64,000 nucleotides of DNA, taken from the NCBI GenBank assembly GCA_045120675.1, contig JBGVFB010000042.1:5493-69492 (forward strand), read 5' to 3'. Source of the stretch: Faecousia sp. GTDB lineage: Bacteria; Bacillota; Clostridia; Oscillospirales; Oscillospiraceae. The position numbers were made by a program, and so were the translations under genes. Below, in pieces: positions 46,807-56,935 of the stretch. The notes under the pieces are model-generated. The model was not told the DNA's origin. It made no database searches and saw nothing but the letters and a program-made list of their open reading frames with translations. Position 1 is the first letter of the stretch, and each line of letters begins with the position of its first letter.

Positions 46807-48102
46807 TTAGCCTTCCACATTTCCTTTGGGGCGGCGGTGACGGCGGTAGTTATTCCGGCGGCGGGGCTTCTTGGCGGCTTCCTCACCCTCGGCCGGCTCT
46901 TTTTCAGGGGCGGCCTCCTTGGGTGCCTGCTCCTTCTTAGGCTGTTCCTTTTTGGGCTGCTCCTTCTTGGACTCCGCCTTCTGCTCAGGCTGCTCCGTCT
47001 TGGGGGCATCACCCTTGTTTTTACGGCGGCGGCGGGAACGGGAGGATTTGCCCTCCTTCTGCTCCTCGGCAGCTTCGGCTGTTTCGGTGGTTTCTGCAGG
47101 AGTTTCCTGCTCCTCTACCACATTTTCAGTGCTGTAGCGGAAACGGATGGGCTCCAGCAGCAGGGTTTCCTCGTCCTCCAGCTTTGCCTTGCGTACCTTC
47201 TTGCCGGCACCGGAAATGGGTGCCAGATCGGCGGGGATGGGAGGATCGTTCTTCTTGGCCTTGCCGCTGCGCAAAATGGCGATGTCGGCATTGGCAAAGA
47301 CGGAAATGGTCTCCGGCGCGTCCTCCATGCGGACCTTTACCCGCTGGCGCAGCAGATCCACTTCCACCACGGTGCCGCGTCCTTCGGGGGTATCCACGAA
47401 GGATTCGACCTTGGGGCTGGTGCGCAGCAGATCTTCGTAAGCATCCTGCTCATATTTCAGGCAGCACATCAGTCTGCCGCAGGTGCCGGAGATCTTGGTG
47501 GGATTCAAGGACAGGTTCTGGGTCTTGGCCATCTTGATGGACACGGGCTGGAAATCGTCCAGGAAGCTGGCGCAGCAGAAGGGACGGCCGCAGATGCCGA
47601 GACCGCCGACCATCTTGGCCTTGTCGCGGACACCGATCTGACGCAGTTCGATGCGGGTGTGGAAAATGGAAGCCAGATTCTTGACCAGCTCACGGAAGTC
47701 CACACGCTCGTCAGCGGTGAAGAAAAACAGAATTTTGCTGCCGTCAAAGGCATACTCGGCGGAAACCAGCTGCATATCCAATTCGTGATCTGCGATTTTC
47801 TGCATGCAGATATCAAAAGCGCGCTTTTCCTCGGCACGGTTGCGGGCCACGGTGCGCTCATCCTCGGCAGTTGCCAGGCGCAGCACGCAGCGCAGGGGTG
47901 CCACCACATCCTTCATGGGAATGCGGTGATTGCCGGCGGCACAGATGCCGTACTCGGGGCCGCGGGCGGTGTCGATGATGACGTGATCGCCCTGCTTGCA
48001 GGTATGACCGGCGGGATCAAAATAATATACCTTCTGTCCGGGGCGGAACTGGATGTCTACCACTTCCGCGGTTTCCGGAACAGTCTTGATTTCATCTTCC
48101 AT
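46807..48102 (-). CDS. ricT: PSP1-domain protein RicT/YaaT with a low-complexity tail
   Basis: FFTADERVDFRELVK, RIELRQIGVRD, GICGRPFCC, SGTCGRLMCCLKYE. Confidence 0.93.
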   Translation of the reverse strand: MEDEIKTVPETAEVVDIQFRPGQKVYYFDPAGHTCKQGDHVIIDTARGPEYGICAAGNHRIPMKDVVAPLRCVLRLATAEDERTVARNRAEEKRAFDICMQKIADHELDMQLVSAEYAFDGSKILFFFTADERVDFRELVKNLASIFHTRIELRQIGVRDKAKMVGGLGICGRPFCCASFLDDFQPVSIKMAKTQNLSLNPTKISGTCGRLMCCLKYEQDAYEDLLRTSPKVESFVDTPEGRGTVVEVDLLRQRVKVRMEDAPETISVFANADIAILRSGKAKKNDPPIPADLAPISGAGKKVRKAKLEDEETLLLEPIRFRYSTENVVEEQETPAETTETAEAAEEQKEGKSSRSRRRRKNKGDAPKTEQPEQKAESKKEQPKKEQPKKEQAPKEAAPEKEPAEGEEAAKKPRRRNNYRRHRRPKGNVEG

Positions 48103-48159
48103 TGGTTTGCTCCTTTATCTTATCGGCTGAAAAACCGTTTCAAATTTCAAAATTTTGCG

Positions 48160-49107
48160 TCAGCGCAGTGCCCACATCAACCAGCCGCTTACTGCAGCGG
48201 GGGATACGTTGCCCTGTGCGTAGGTATATGCCTGCTTGAGCTTCCGGATGGCATCCATCAGTTCCTGCGAGCTGCGGCTGCCGCTGAGCAGGCGGGACTG
48301 GGCGGACACGGCGGTCATGCCGCTGCGCGCCGCCAGCGCACCTTCCAGAACGTCCAGCCACTGGGACAGAATATCCAACAGCTGATCCCGTTTGTATTTT
48401 TCCATGGGTGCCAGAACCTGCGTCAAAGCCAGCATATTTCGACCGGAAAAGGCCTCTGTGAAGGCCTTGGTCTGGGGGGACAGGGCTTCGCCGTTTTCCA
48501 GAATCGCTTTGGCCTGCCCCAAGAAGCCGCCGCTGCGCATGATGGCAGCGTCAACATCCTCTGCGGCTGCGTCGGGAAACTGCTGCAGCAGGGCGCGGCG
48601 CAGAACGTCCGCACGCAGACCGTGGAGATTCAATTCGGTGCATCGGGAACGGACAGTGGGCAGGATTTTCTCCGGATTGTCCGTCAGCAGGAGAAATACA
48701 CCGTATTTCGGCGGTTCCTCCAGCACCTTCAGCAGGGCATTCTGACCCTCAATGCCAAGATCCTGCGCAAAGAGGTAGATCTTGTGGTCGGATTCGTTGG
48801 GGCGGATGAATACGTCATCGCGAATCTCGCGGACGATTTTTACGGCGATGTTTTTGTGTTCGGGGTCCGTTACGGTAATGAAGTCCGGGTGGTTGCCGTC
48901 CAGAATCTTGCGGCAGACACTGCAATGCCCGCAGGGGGCATCCTGCTTGCCACAGAGGATGGCGGAAGCCAGCAGCTTTGCCAGCGTGTGCTTGCCGGAA
49001 CCGGCGGGACCTGAAATCAGGTAGAAATGGGAGATGTGCCCCCGGCGCAGGCTGCCTGTTAAGTTTTCCTTCAGCCGCTCATCGCCGAGAAGTGTTTCAA
49101 ATCCCAT
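48160..49107 (-). CDS. holB: DNA polymerase III delta-prime subunit
   Basis: SHFYLISGPAGSGK, C..CGHCSVC, HPDF, QNALLKVLEEPP, TVRSRC; holB-ricT synteny. Confidence 0.9.
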   Translation of the reverse strand: MGFETLLGDERLKENLTGSLRRGHISHFYLISGPAGSGKHTLAKLLASAILCGKQDAPCGHCSVCRKILDGNHPDFITVTDPEHKNIAVKIVREIRDDVFIRPNESDHKIYLFAQDLGIEGQNALLKVLEEPPKYGVFLLLTDNPEKILPTVRSRCTELNLHGLRADVLRRALLQQFPDAAAEDVDAAIMRSGGFLGQAKAILENGEALSPQTKAFTEAFSGRNMLALTQVLAPMEKYKRDQLLDILSQWLDVLEGALAARSGMTAVSAQSRLLSGSRSSQELMDAIRKLKQAYTYAQGNVSPAAVSGWLMWALR

Positions 49108-49164
49108 GATTTTCTCCAGAAAAGTCATTATAACATAGTTTTTCGAATTTGCAAATGGGCAGAT

Positions 49165-49310
49165 GCCGCCACAGAAAATACGTTACGAACTGTATGCGGC
49201 CTTTTACTTCCCTGACCCGCTCGACCTCGAATGTTTTTACGAAGGTAACGATACCGAGCGGCGCAGGGCAGTAACGATACGCACTGCACCAAGCACGCGC
49301 TGTCAGCGGC
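49165..49310. other. Long rod-like inverted-repeat structure (candidate ncRNA or repeat)
   Basis: Nested pairings GCCGC/GCGGC, ACAG/CTGT, TGCG/CGCA, TTACT/AGTAA, CCCTG/CAGGG, CCGCTCG/CGAGCGG. Confidence 0.45.
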
Positions 49311-49320
49311 GACTCGCCGC

Positions 49321-50934
49321 TTAGCCCCACAGAGCGGACAGCATGGGAATGACCTGCTTCTTACGGCTCATGACATGGGGCAGGAAAGCGGTATTTTCCT
49401 TGGGAACCACATTAAATGCCTGCTGAATGGTGTCGTCGTCGCCTACATAGATGATCAGAGTACCTTCCAGCAGCACGTCGGTCAGCATCAGGATGACCAG
49501 ATCCAGCTTGTCCTTCTTGGCGGTCTGGCGCATGATGGTCAGGAATTCGTCCTTGCGCTGTGCCATGCTGGGGCTGTCCACGCAGGTGATCTGGGAAACG
49601 GCCAGATCGTGACCGGCGATGTGGAATTCCTTGAAGTCCGTGTAGAACAGATCCTTGGCGGTCTTGTTGCCCACGGATGCGGAGAAGATGGCCTTGCCCA
49701 GCTCATCCAGAGAAACATTGGCAATACGGGCCATACGTTCTGCCATCCGCTTGTCCCGCTCGGTGCAGGTGGGGGACTTGAACATGACGGTGTCGGACAA
49801 AATGGCGGAAGCCATCATACCGGCCATGCCGGCGGAGGGCATCAGGCCGCGCTCCTGGAACATACCGGCAATGATGGTGTTGGTGGAACCAACGGGCTCA
49901 TTGCGCATGTAAATGGGAGTGCCGGTCTGAATGTCAGCCAGACGGTGGTGGTCGATGATCTCCACGATTTCAGCCTCTTCCAGGCCGGGAACGGACTGGG
50001 ATGCCTCGTTGTGGTCCACCAGAACCACTCTCTTGCGCTTGGGACGCAGCAGATGATAGCGCGTCAGCACGCCCACGACCTTGTCGTTTTCGTCCAGAAT
50101 GGGGTAGCAGGGCTCGCGGTACTGCAGCACCTGCTCTTTAACGTCATCCACACGATCGGTCAGATGGAAGCAGATCAGATCCTGTGTGCGGCAAATGCGT
50201 TCAATGGGGGAGGACTGGAAAATCAGACGGGCAGCGCGGTAGGCATCGTGGGGGGTGCAGATGATGCAGGTGGTGGTGGGGAGACTCCGCAGCTCCTCAT
50301 CCAGCTCAGCCTGACACAGAACCAGAGCACTGACGTTCATTTCCAGCGCGCGGCGGATCATTTCCGGCTGATGGCCGCACAGAACGATGGATTCCTTCTG
50401 ATTGAACAGCAGATTCTCCCGGCTCTGGGGCAGGGCAATGACCAGCTCACCGGTAATGGTATCCGTCTGCTCGCCGGCTTCGTTCAGCACACGGCCTTCC
50501 AGCACAGACAGCACGTTGAACAGGGGCACATCCTCCAGCTTGCCGAGGGTGGCCTGTGCCATGTTGTAATTTGCGATATCTTCACGGGACAGCATGCCGT
50601 AAAGGGTACCGTCTTCGTTGGAAACGGGGATGGCGGTGTTGCTGCGCTCTTTCTGCAGAGTTTCCCATGCGCGGTCAACGGTGACGGCCTTGCCCAGCAG
50701 GGGAGGCGTATCGTACACCAGATCCTGCACCTGCGTGTACATATTATTGATGCGCTTGGGGGGCTGGAAGCCGAAGCGGTCCAGCACCAGCTGGGTCTCG
50801 TCGGATACGCTGCCAAGGCAGGCGGCTTCGTATTCACGATCGCCCAGTGCGTTACGCAGTGCTGCATAAGCCATGGCGGCGACAATAGAGTCGGTATCGG
50901 GGTTTCTGTGACCGGTTACATAGATCGGATCCAT
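49321..50934 (-). CDS. ppaC: Mn-dependent inorganic pyrophosphatase with CBS/DRTGG domains
   Basis: GHRNPDTDS, LVDHNE, IIDHH, PVGST, AILSDT, DFKEF. Confidence 0.93.
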   Translation of the reverse strand: MDPIYVTGHRNPDTDSIVAAMAYAALRNALGDREYEAACLGSVSDETQLVLDRFGFQPPKRINNMYTQVQDLVYDTPPLLGKAVTVDRAWETLQKERSNTAIPVSNEDGTLYGMLSREDIANYNMAQATLGKLEDVPLFNVLSVLEGRVLNEAGEQTDTITGELVIALPQSRENLLFNQKESIVLCGHQPEMIRRALEMNVSALVLCQAELDEELRSLPTTTCIICTPHDAYRAARLIFQSSPIERICRTQDLICFHLTDRVDDVKEQVLQYREPCYPILDENDKVVGVLTRYHLLRPKRKRVVLVDHNEASQSVPGLEEAEIVEIIDHHRLADIQTGTPIYMRNEPVGSTNTIIAGMFQERGLMPSAGMAGMMASAILSDTVMFKSPTCTERDKRMAERMARIANVSLDELGKAIFSASVGNKTAKDLFYTDFKEFHIAGHDLAVSQITCVDSPSMAQRKDEFLTIMRQTAKKDKLDLVILMLTDVLLEGTLIIYVGDDDTIQQAFNVVPKENTAFLPHVMSRKKQVIPMLSALWG

Positions 50935-50937
50935 ACC

Positions 50938-51945
50938 TTATTCTCCTTCGTTGTGATTGATGGTAACTTCTCCTGCAAGATCAGTGGAGAAGAGCGTTTC
51001 GATTTCTTTCTGTTCCATACCCTGACCGATGGCCCACATGAGCTTGGTCATGGCGGCTTCGGTGGTCATGTCGCGGCCTTGGATGACACCCATTTCCAGC
51101 AGGCGGTTACCCACCTGATAGACCTGCAGATTGGAAGAATCGTACAGGCACTGGGTGGTGACCACCACGGAAATGCCGTCCTCCACCGCCCGGTGGATGC
51201 CCCGCAGACCCTTGTGCAGCACATTGATGCCGCCAAGGCCAAAGGCTTCGATGACAATACCCTTGTAGCCCATGGCTGCCAGCATGTCGAAGATGGCGGG
51301 ATTCAGGCCGGGGGTCAGCTTCAGCAGGAATACATTTTTGCTGATATCGCATTTCAGTTCCGCAGGGCCGGTGGTACGGGGCAGGATCTGGGGATCTACC
51401 ACAAGACCCTGATTGCTGACCTGCGCCGCGTAGCGGGCATTGACGCTTTCAAAGGCGGAAAAACCGGAGGCGCGGACCTTCACAGCGCGGCAGCCGCGCA
51501 TGACTTTCCGGTCGAAGGCCAGAAACACACCGGGATGTCCGGAGGCAGCCATGGCGAAGGCAGTGCGCAGATTGTCGGGACCGTCGGACAGCATGTCTGC
51601 CAGAGGCAGCTGGGAACCGGTGAAGACCACAGGCAGGTCGATGTTGGGCAGCATGAAGGTCACGGCGGAGGCGGTGTAGGCCATGGTGTCGGTGCCGTGG
51701 GACACCACAATGCCGTCGAAGCCTGCGCGATATTCAAAAATGCTGCAGGCAATGGTCTGCCATTCCTCGGGGCGGATGTTGGAGGAATCCAGACACATCA
51801 CGTCTTTGACGGTAATATCATAATAGGTACGAAGCTGCTCCAGCTCACGCTCCATGACACCGCTGCGGTGGGGCTCCAGACCCTCGCCGCCGGGCATGGA
51901 TGCAATGGTACCGCCGGTGGTCAGCAAAAGAATATGCTTTTTCAT
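50938..51945 (-). CDS. ansA: L-asparaginase type I
   Basis: TGGTIA, DSSN, SHGTDTM, TGSQ, DMTTEAA.TKL. Confidence 0.93.
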   Translation of the reverse strand: MKKHILLLTTGGTIASMPGGEGLEPHRSGVMERELEQLRTYYDITVKDVMCLDSSNIRPEEWQTIACSIFEYRAGFDGIVVSHGTDTMAYTASAVTFMLPNIDLPVVFTGSQLPLADMLSDGPDNLRTAFAMAASGHPGVFLAFDRKVMRGCRAVKVRASGFSAFESVNARYAAQVSNQGLVVDPQILPRTTGPAELKCDISKNVFLLKLTPGLNPAIFDMLAAMGYKGIVIEAFGLGGINVLHKGLRGIHRAVEDGISVVVTTQCLYDSSNLQVYQVGNRLLEMGVIQGRDMTTEAAMTKLMWAIGQGMEQKEIETLFSTDLAGEVTINHNEGE

Positions 51946-52133
51946 TGGGGCAGTTTCCCTCTTTCGTGTTTATGTAGGCAAATTGCTGTCTACATTCTAT
52001 TCCAGCATTTATTATATCGTTGCGAAAGCAAAATATCAAGACAAAAACAGGTGGAAGGAACAACACTACTTGCATTTTTTTACCTGCAGCGGTAAAATAA
52101 AAAAGAAAATCAATACAGATGGAGGATTTACCC

Positions 52134-53150
52134 ATGAATGTTCTGGTTACCGGCGGTGCCGGATATATTGGCTCCCATACCTGTGTGGAGCTGCTGGAAA
52201 GCGGCTACGGTGTCGTAGTCATCGACAACCTGTGTAATTCCAATGCAGAATCCCTGAACCGTGTGCAGAAGCTCACCGGCAAACAGCTGAAGTTTTATGA
52301 AGGCGATGTGCGGGATGAAGCGCTGCTGCGTCAGATTTTTGCGGAAAACGAAATTGGCTGCGTGATTCATTTTGCAGGCCTGAAGGCTGTGGGCGAATCC
52401 GTGTCCATTCCCTGGAAGTATTACGATAACAACCTCAATTCCACACTGGTGCTGACCAAAGTGATGGAAGAGGTGGGCATGAAGAATATCATTTTCTCTT
52501 CTTCCGCAACCGTTTATACTGCGGATAACGAGATGCCCCTGCGGGAAACCTCCCGTACCGGTAACTGCACCAATCCCTACGGCTGGACCAAGTACATGAC
52601 CGAGCAGATTCTCTCCGGCATGGCTTTCGCCGACAAAGAATGGAGCATCGTGTTGCTGCGCTACTTCAATCCCATCGGCGCTCACGAGAGCGGCAATATC
52701 GGTGAGGATCCCCGCGGAATCCCCAACAATCTGATGCCCTATATCACCCAGGTGGCCATCGGCCGTCGGGAATTCCTGAGTGTTTACGGAAACGACTACG
52801 ATACCCATGACGGTACCGGTGTCCGTGACTATATCCATGTGGTGGATCTGGCCAAGGGCCATGTGGCAGCTGTCAAATATGCTGAGAACAACAAGGGCTG
52901 CGAAGTGTTCAATCTGGGCACCGGCACCGGCTACAGCGTGCTGGACATGGTCAAGGCTTTCAATGAAGCCAACGGCCTGAACCTGCCCTATAAGATCGTG
53001 GACCGCCGCCCCGGCGATATTGCCACCTGCTATGCGGATCCTGCCAAGAGCATGGAAATTCTGGGCTGGAAGGCAGAGAAAACGCTGATGGATATGTGCC
53101 GCGATTCCTGGAACTGGCAAAGCAAGAATCCCAAAGGCTACAGTGAATAA
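52134..53150 (+). CDS. galE: UDP-glucose 4-epimerase
   Basis: GGAGYIGSH, HFAGLKAVGES, SSSATVY, YGWTK, LRYFNP, PNNL. Confidence 0.96.
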   Translation: MNVLVTGGAGYIGSHTCVELLESGYGVVVIDNLCNSNAESLNRVQKLTGKQLKFYEGDVRDEALLRQIFAENEIGCVIHFAGLKAVGESVSIPWKYYDNNLNSTLVLTKVMEEVGMKNIIFSSSATVYTADNEMPLRETSRTGNCTNPYGWTKYMTEQILSGMAFADKEWSIVLLRYFNPIGAHESGNIGEDPRGIPNNLMPYITQVAIGRREFLSVYGNDYDTHDGTGVRDYIHVVDLAKGHVAAVKYAENNKGCEVFNLGTGTGYSVLDMVKAFNEANGLNLPYKIVDRRPGDIATCYADPAKSMEILGWKAEKTLMDMCRDSWNWQSKNPKGYSE

Positions 53151-53154
53151 AGTA

Positions 53155-53183
53155 ATCCCGGGTGCAGCCGCACCCGGGATTTT
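53155..53183 (+). terminator. galE terminator
   Basis: AATCCCGGGTGC-AGCC-GCACCCGGGATT-TT. Confidence 0.75.
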
Positions 53184-53192
53184 CTGTAGTTC

Positions 53193-53457
53193 AAATTGAT
53201 GTTTATCGCACTGCTGGTTATTCGCTGACAGCTGCCGACTAGCACTGTCATTGCGAGGAGCGTTAGCGACGTGGCAATCTCCTGCTTCGCGGTCTGATGC
53301 GGAAACGACCGATTAACATTGTAAATCTTGGATATTCGATGTTAATCAGTTGGTATTTCTTCGTGCTGCGGTGCTGGAGATTCCCACGTCGGGGCTTCGC
53401 CCCTCCTCGGAATGACATACTTGGCGGTGCGGTGCAACTATGCGACAAACTGAAATT
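53193..53457. repeat. TIR-bounded element containing an inverted REP doublet
   Basis: Ends AAATTGATGTTTATCGCA / TGCGACAAACTGAAATT; inner TGTCATTGCGAGGAGCGTTAGCGACGTGGCAATCTC and its inverted variant; copy at 44260. Confidence 0.8.
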
Positions 53458-53463
53458 AACCGT

Positions 53464-54582
53464 TTAAAGTGCAAGTGTTTGATCCAGCACATGCAGGGCT
53501 TCCTTTGCCATGCGCAGACCACCCATGGGGCCGGGGTGCAGATGGTCGCCGCTGTCGAAGCCCGCGGGCATGATGCCGGTTCGGGAATCATCCAGCGCCG
53601 CATCGAAATCAATGAGACCTGCATAATCTGCCGCTGCGCTGCGCAGAAGACCGTTCAGCTCCTGCCGGATCATTTCCTGCCGCTGATCGTAGCAGGCAGA
53701 ACCGAGGCGGGGTGTGATGGTGGCAAAATAGACCTGCATACCCTGTGCCGCTGCCTGATCGGCCATGGATTTTAAACCGGCGAAAATATTTTCCGCACTG
53801 TTTTTCTCAAAATCCGCTTCCGTGACGATTTTTCCGATGTCATTGGTACCCAGCGCGAAAATCACAGCGGTAACACCGGGGCGGCTTCGTACATCCTCCT
53901 GAAAGCGCTCCAGCGCCGCGCGGCCGAAAATACCCACACCGCTGCAGTCGCCGGACAGAACCCGGTTGCCGCCGATGCCCAGATTCAGGGCGCGGACGGA
54001 ATTACCCCGCAGGAAGAAGGTCTGGTTCAGAGGGTGTACCCAGTTGCTTTGCTGGGTGATGGAGTCGCCCAGGCATGCGATGATGGCGGGGTTTTCCTCC
54101 GTCAGCACTTCCACCGCATCCAGACCCACGATGGGCGGGTGCGCCACAATCCGGGGACGGGGAATGATGGCCTTGCCGAGGGCAAATTCGCCATGGACAA
54201 AATTTCCTGCCGTAGAATAAATGGTGGCTTCCTGTACCTGATTGCCGGAAGTGGCGGTGCGGCTGTAGAAGGTTGTGATGGAAACCGCATCACCGGCGCA
54301 GATGCTGCAGTCGATCTCGTCGCAGTAAGCTGCCTTGCCGGGGGCAAGGGTTAAGGCGGTTTTGCCGCCGAAGGTCAGTGTGTAAGTTTTTTCACCGATA
54401 CAGACGGTGGCATCCTGAAGGGTAAAGAAACTGCGGCCTTCCCGGTTGGAAAAATGCAGACGAAGCTTGCTGCCCGCTACGTAGGAGGGGATGCTTGTCC
54501 GCGCGGTTTTGCCCCGCAGATAGCTGCGGATCATGTGCAGGTCTGTGTGTGCCTGTGCCCAGATGGTCACCCAGTGTTTCAT
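53464..54582 (-). CDS. SGNH/GDSL-family esterase
   Basis: LGDSIT, GIGGN, GTND, DHLHP. Confidence 0.9.
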   Translation of the reverse strand: MKHWVTIWAQAHTDLHMIRSYLRGKTARTSIPSYVAGSKLRLHFSNREGRSFFTLQDATVCIGEKTYTLTFGGKTALTLAPGKAAYCDEIDCSICAGDAVSITTFYSRTATSGNQVQEATIYSTAGNFVHGEFALGKAIIPRPRIVAHPPIVGLDAVEVLTEENPAIIACLGDSITQQSNWVHPLNQTFFLRGNSVRALNLGIGGNRVLSGDCSGVGIFGRAALERFQEDVRSRPGVTAVIFALGTNDIGKIVTEADFEKNSAENIFAGLKSMADQAAAQGMQVYFATITPRLGSACYDQRQEMIRQELNGLLRSAAADYAGLIDFDAALDDSRTGIMPAGFDSGDHLHPGPMGGLRMAKEALHVLDQTLAL

Positions 54583-54759
54583 ATCGATCACCTCTTACGT
54601 CCATCATACCCCCGCAGCAATGTGCCGTCAATGAAACGATCTTTCGTTTCTGGCTCATTTTTACGAAAAACAGTGCTGCATCTTGAAAAATATATTGCAG
54701 ATGTTACAATAAACGCAAGCAAAATCCCTTTCATTTTTAAAATAAAAGGAGAAAATCAT

Positions 54760-56133
54760 ATGTTTACATACAGCAAAGCGGTAGCACGGGAATTCCAGTG
54801 TGATGTGTTGGTCATCGGCGGCGGCCCTGCCGGTTTCGGTGCAGCGGTGGCTGCTGCCCGTAACGGTGCGGATACCATCCTGATCGAGCGCAATGCCATG
54901 CTGGGCGGCATGGCCACCACCGGCCTCGTGGGTCCTTTTATGACCTGCTATGACGATGACTGCTCCGAGCAGATCGTCAAGGGTGTCTTCGATGAGCTGT
55001 GCCTGCGGGCAGAAGCAAAGGGCGGCGCGATCCACCCCTCCAAGGTGGACGGCATGACCACCTACAGTTCCTACTACATCCGTTCCCACTGCCACGTGAC
55101 ACCGTACCTGTCTGAAATTCTGGCTCTGACCATGGATGAAATGGTGCTGGAGGCCGGTGTCAAGCTGCTGTACAATGTGCAGGTGGTGGATGCCATCCGG
55201 GAAGGCAACCGGATTACCGGTGTCATCGCCGCCATGAAGGAGGGCCTTGCCATCTTCCGTGCCAAGACCTTTATCGACTGCACCGGCGATGCCGACGTGG
55301 CCCACTTTGCAGGCGCACCCACATGGAACGGCGACAAGGCAAACGGCTTGATGCAGCCGGTCACATTGTTCTTCGAAATGGGCGGTCTGGATCGCGAGAA
55401 GTTCGTTGGTGAACTGGAAAACAAGAAGAATGCAGGTGAGCTGGGCATCCCCGCTCACAACTGCTGGAGCTGGTATCTGGATGAAGCCAGAAAGAACGGT
55501 GACTGGAATATTCAGCGCGACGAGATCGGCAACTACGAAATGCCCATCCGCAACCGCTGGAAGATGAACTGCACCCGTATCCCCGGCATCGATGCCACCA
55601 AGACCGAGGACGTGACCCGCGGCCTGATCGAAGGCCGTAAGCAGGTGCAGGAGGTTATGAACTTCATGCGCAAGTACGTTCCCGGCTGCGAGAATGCCGA
55701 GCTGGTGCAGGTTGCGTCCGCACTGGGCATCCGTGAGACCCGCCATATTGTGGGCAAGTACGAACTGACCATTCCCGACATCATGGAGCAGAAGCATTTC
55801 GACGATGCAGTCTGCACCTTCGCCTATGCGGTGGATATCCACGATCCCAACGGCGCCGGCGGTGTGCTGCAGGAGGTCAACCACTATTACACCATTCCTT
55901 TCCGCTGCATGGTACCCGTGGAGTGCGAAAATCTGCTGGTTTCCGGCCGCAGCATCTGCGGCAGCTCCGGGGCTGCTGCCAGCTACCGCGTGATGCCCTG
56001 CTGCATCGCACTGGGTCAGGCCGCCGGCACCGCTGCCGCACTGGGTTTGAAGGCTGGCTGTGAAGCAGGCGATGTGGATATTCCCACCCTGCGTGAAACT
56101 CTGATCGCACAGGGCGCAGTGATCAAGGACTGA
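54760..56133 (+). CDS. FAD-dependent oxidoreductase (PF12831-like)
   Basis: GGGPAG, LGGMAT, IDCTGDAD, MQPVT, GIRETR, VDIHDP, SYRVM; AAGGAG RBS. Confidence 0.88.
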   Translation: MFTYSKAVAREFQCDVLVIGGGPAGFGAAVAAARNGADTILIERNAMLGGMATTGLVGPFMTCYDDDCSEQIVKGVFDELCLRAEAKGGAIHPSKVDGMTTYSSYYIRSHCHVTPYLSEILALTMDEMVLEAGVKLLYNVQVVDAIREGNRITGVIAAMKEGLAIFRAKTFIDCTGDADVAHFAGAPTWNGDKANGLMQPVTLFFEMGGLDREKFVGELENKKNAGELGIPAHNCWSWYLDEARKNGDWNIQRDEIGNYEMPIRNRWKMNCTRIPGIDATKTEDVTRGLIEGRKQVQEVMNFMRKYVPGCENAELVQVASALGIRETRHIVGKYELTIPDIMEQKHFDDAVCTFAYAVDIHDPNGAGGVLQEVNHYYTIPFRCMVPVECENLLVSGRSICGSSGAAASYRVMPCCIALGQAAGTAAALGLKAGCEAGDVDIPTLRETLIAQGAVIKD

Positions 56134-56145
56134 GGAGAAAATACC

Positions 56146-56832
56146 ATGGACCTTCTGGATAACAAGAAAATCAATATTCTCTGCTTCGGTGACTCCAATA
56201 CCTGGGGCTGCGTGGGCCGCTGGCAGGAATCCGAGCTGCCTCCTTACCGCTATGACGCAGAGCATCGCTGGTCCGACGTGATGGCAAAGGAACTGGGCGA
56301 AGCCTACCATGTGGTGACCGATGCACTCTGCGGCCGCACCACCATCTACACCCATCGGGACGAAGGCCCTACATACAGTGCAGAGCCTTACATACTGCCC
56401 TGTATGCGCAGTCACAGCCCGCTGGATCTGATGATCATCATGCTGGGAAGCAACGATATTTATAATTATCCCGGCCTGAACGCGGAGAATCTCGGTGACG
56501 GCATTTCCCGACTGATCGACATGGCACAGGCTTCCCAGTGGGGACGTGATTTTAAGGCGCCCCGGATTCTGATTATGGCACCCATTGAAGTGAAGAAGCC
56601 TGATCCCAAGGGTCGTATGCAGGTATATGAGAAGTTCCGCCGGGAAGAGGGTGTGGCCCTGAGCAAGCTCTTTGCATCCACCTATAAGCGCATTGCGCAG
56701 GAAAAGGGCTGCGGCTACCTGAATGCTGCGGAATTTGCCGTTCCCTGCGATGCGGACGGCCTGCATATGGATGAAAATTCCCAGATTGCGCTGGGCAAGG
56801 CCGTGGCAGCTTGGGTCAAGGAAAACCTGTAA
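56146..56832 (+). CDS. SGNH/GDSL arylesterase-like hydrolase
   Basis: FGDSNTWG, CGRTT, MLGSND, DGLH. Confidence 0.9.
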   Translation: MDLLDNKKINILCFGDSNTWGCVGRWQESELPPYRYDAEHRWSDVMAKELGEAYHVVTDALCGRTTIYTHRDEGPTYSAEPYILPCMRSHSPLDLMIIMLGSNDIYNYPGLNAENLGDGISRLIDMAQASQWGRDFKAPRILIMAPIEVKKPDPKGRMQVYEKFRREEGVALSKLFASTYKRIAQEKGCGYLNAAEFAVPCDADGLHMDENSQIALGKAVAAWVKENL

Positions 56833-56935
56833 CAAAAAGGCCGCTCTTTTGAGCGGCCTTTGCTGATATTTTGTTGTTTTTTTCTGCAAGGTATGCTATA
56901 ATCTAACAACGAGACAAAATTAAAGGAGACCATCT

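Noticed and set aside
46860-47110. Repeated KKEQP units and other Pro/Ala/Glu or His codon repeats (also 22850-22950 and 28570-28630)
   Set aside because: Low-complexity protein linkers, not DNA repeat arrays.
49163-49324. 53-aa plus-strand ORF across the hairpin region
   Set aside because: No RBS, opposite to both flanking genes, and better explained as structured non-coding sequence.
54454-54759. N-terminal extension of the flavoprotein ORF
   Set aside because: Overlaps the divergent gene and promoter; the RBS supports ATG 54760.
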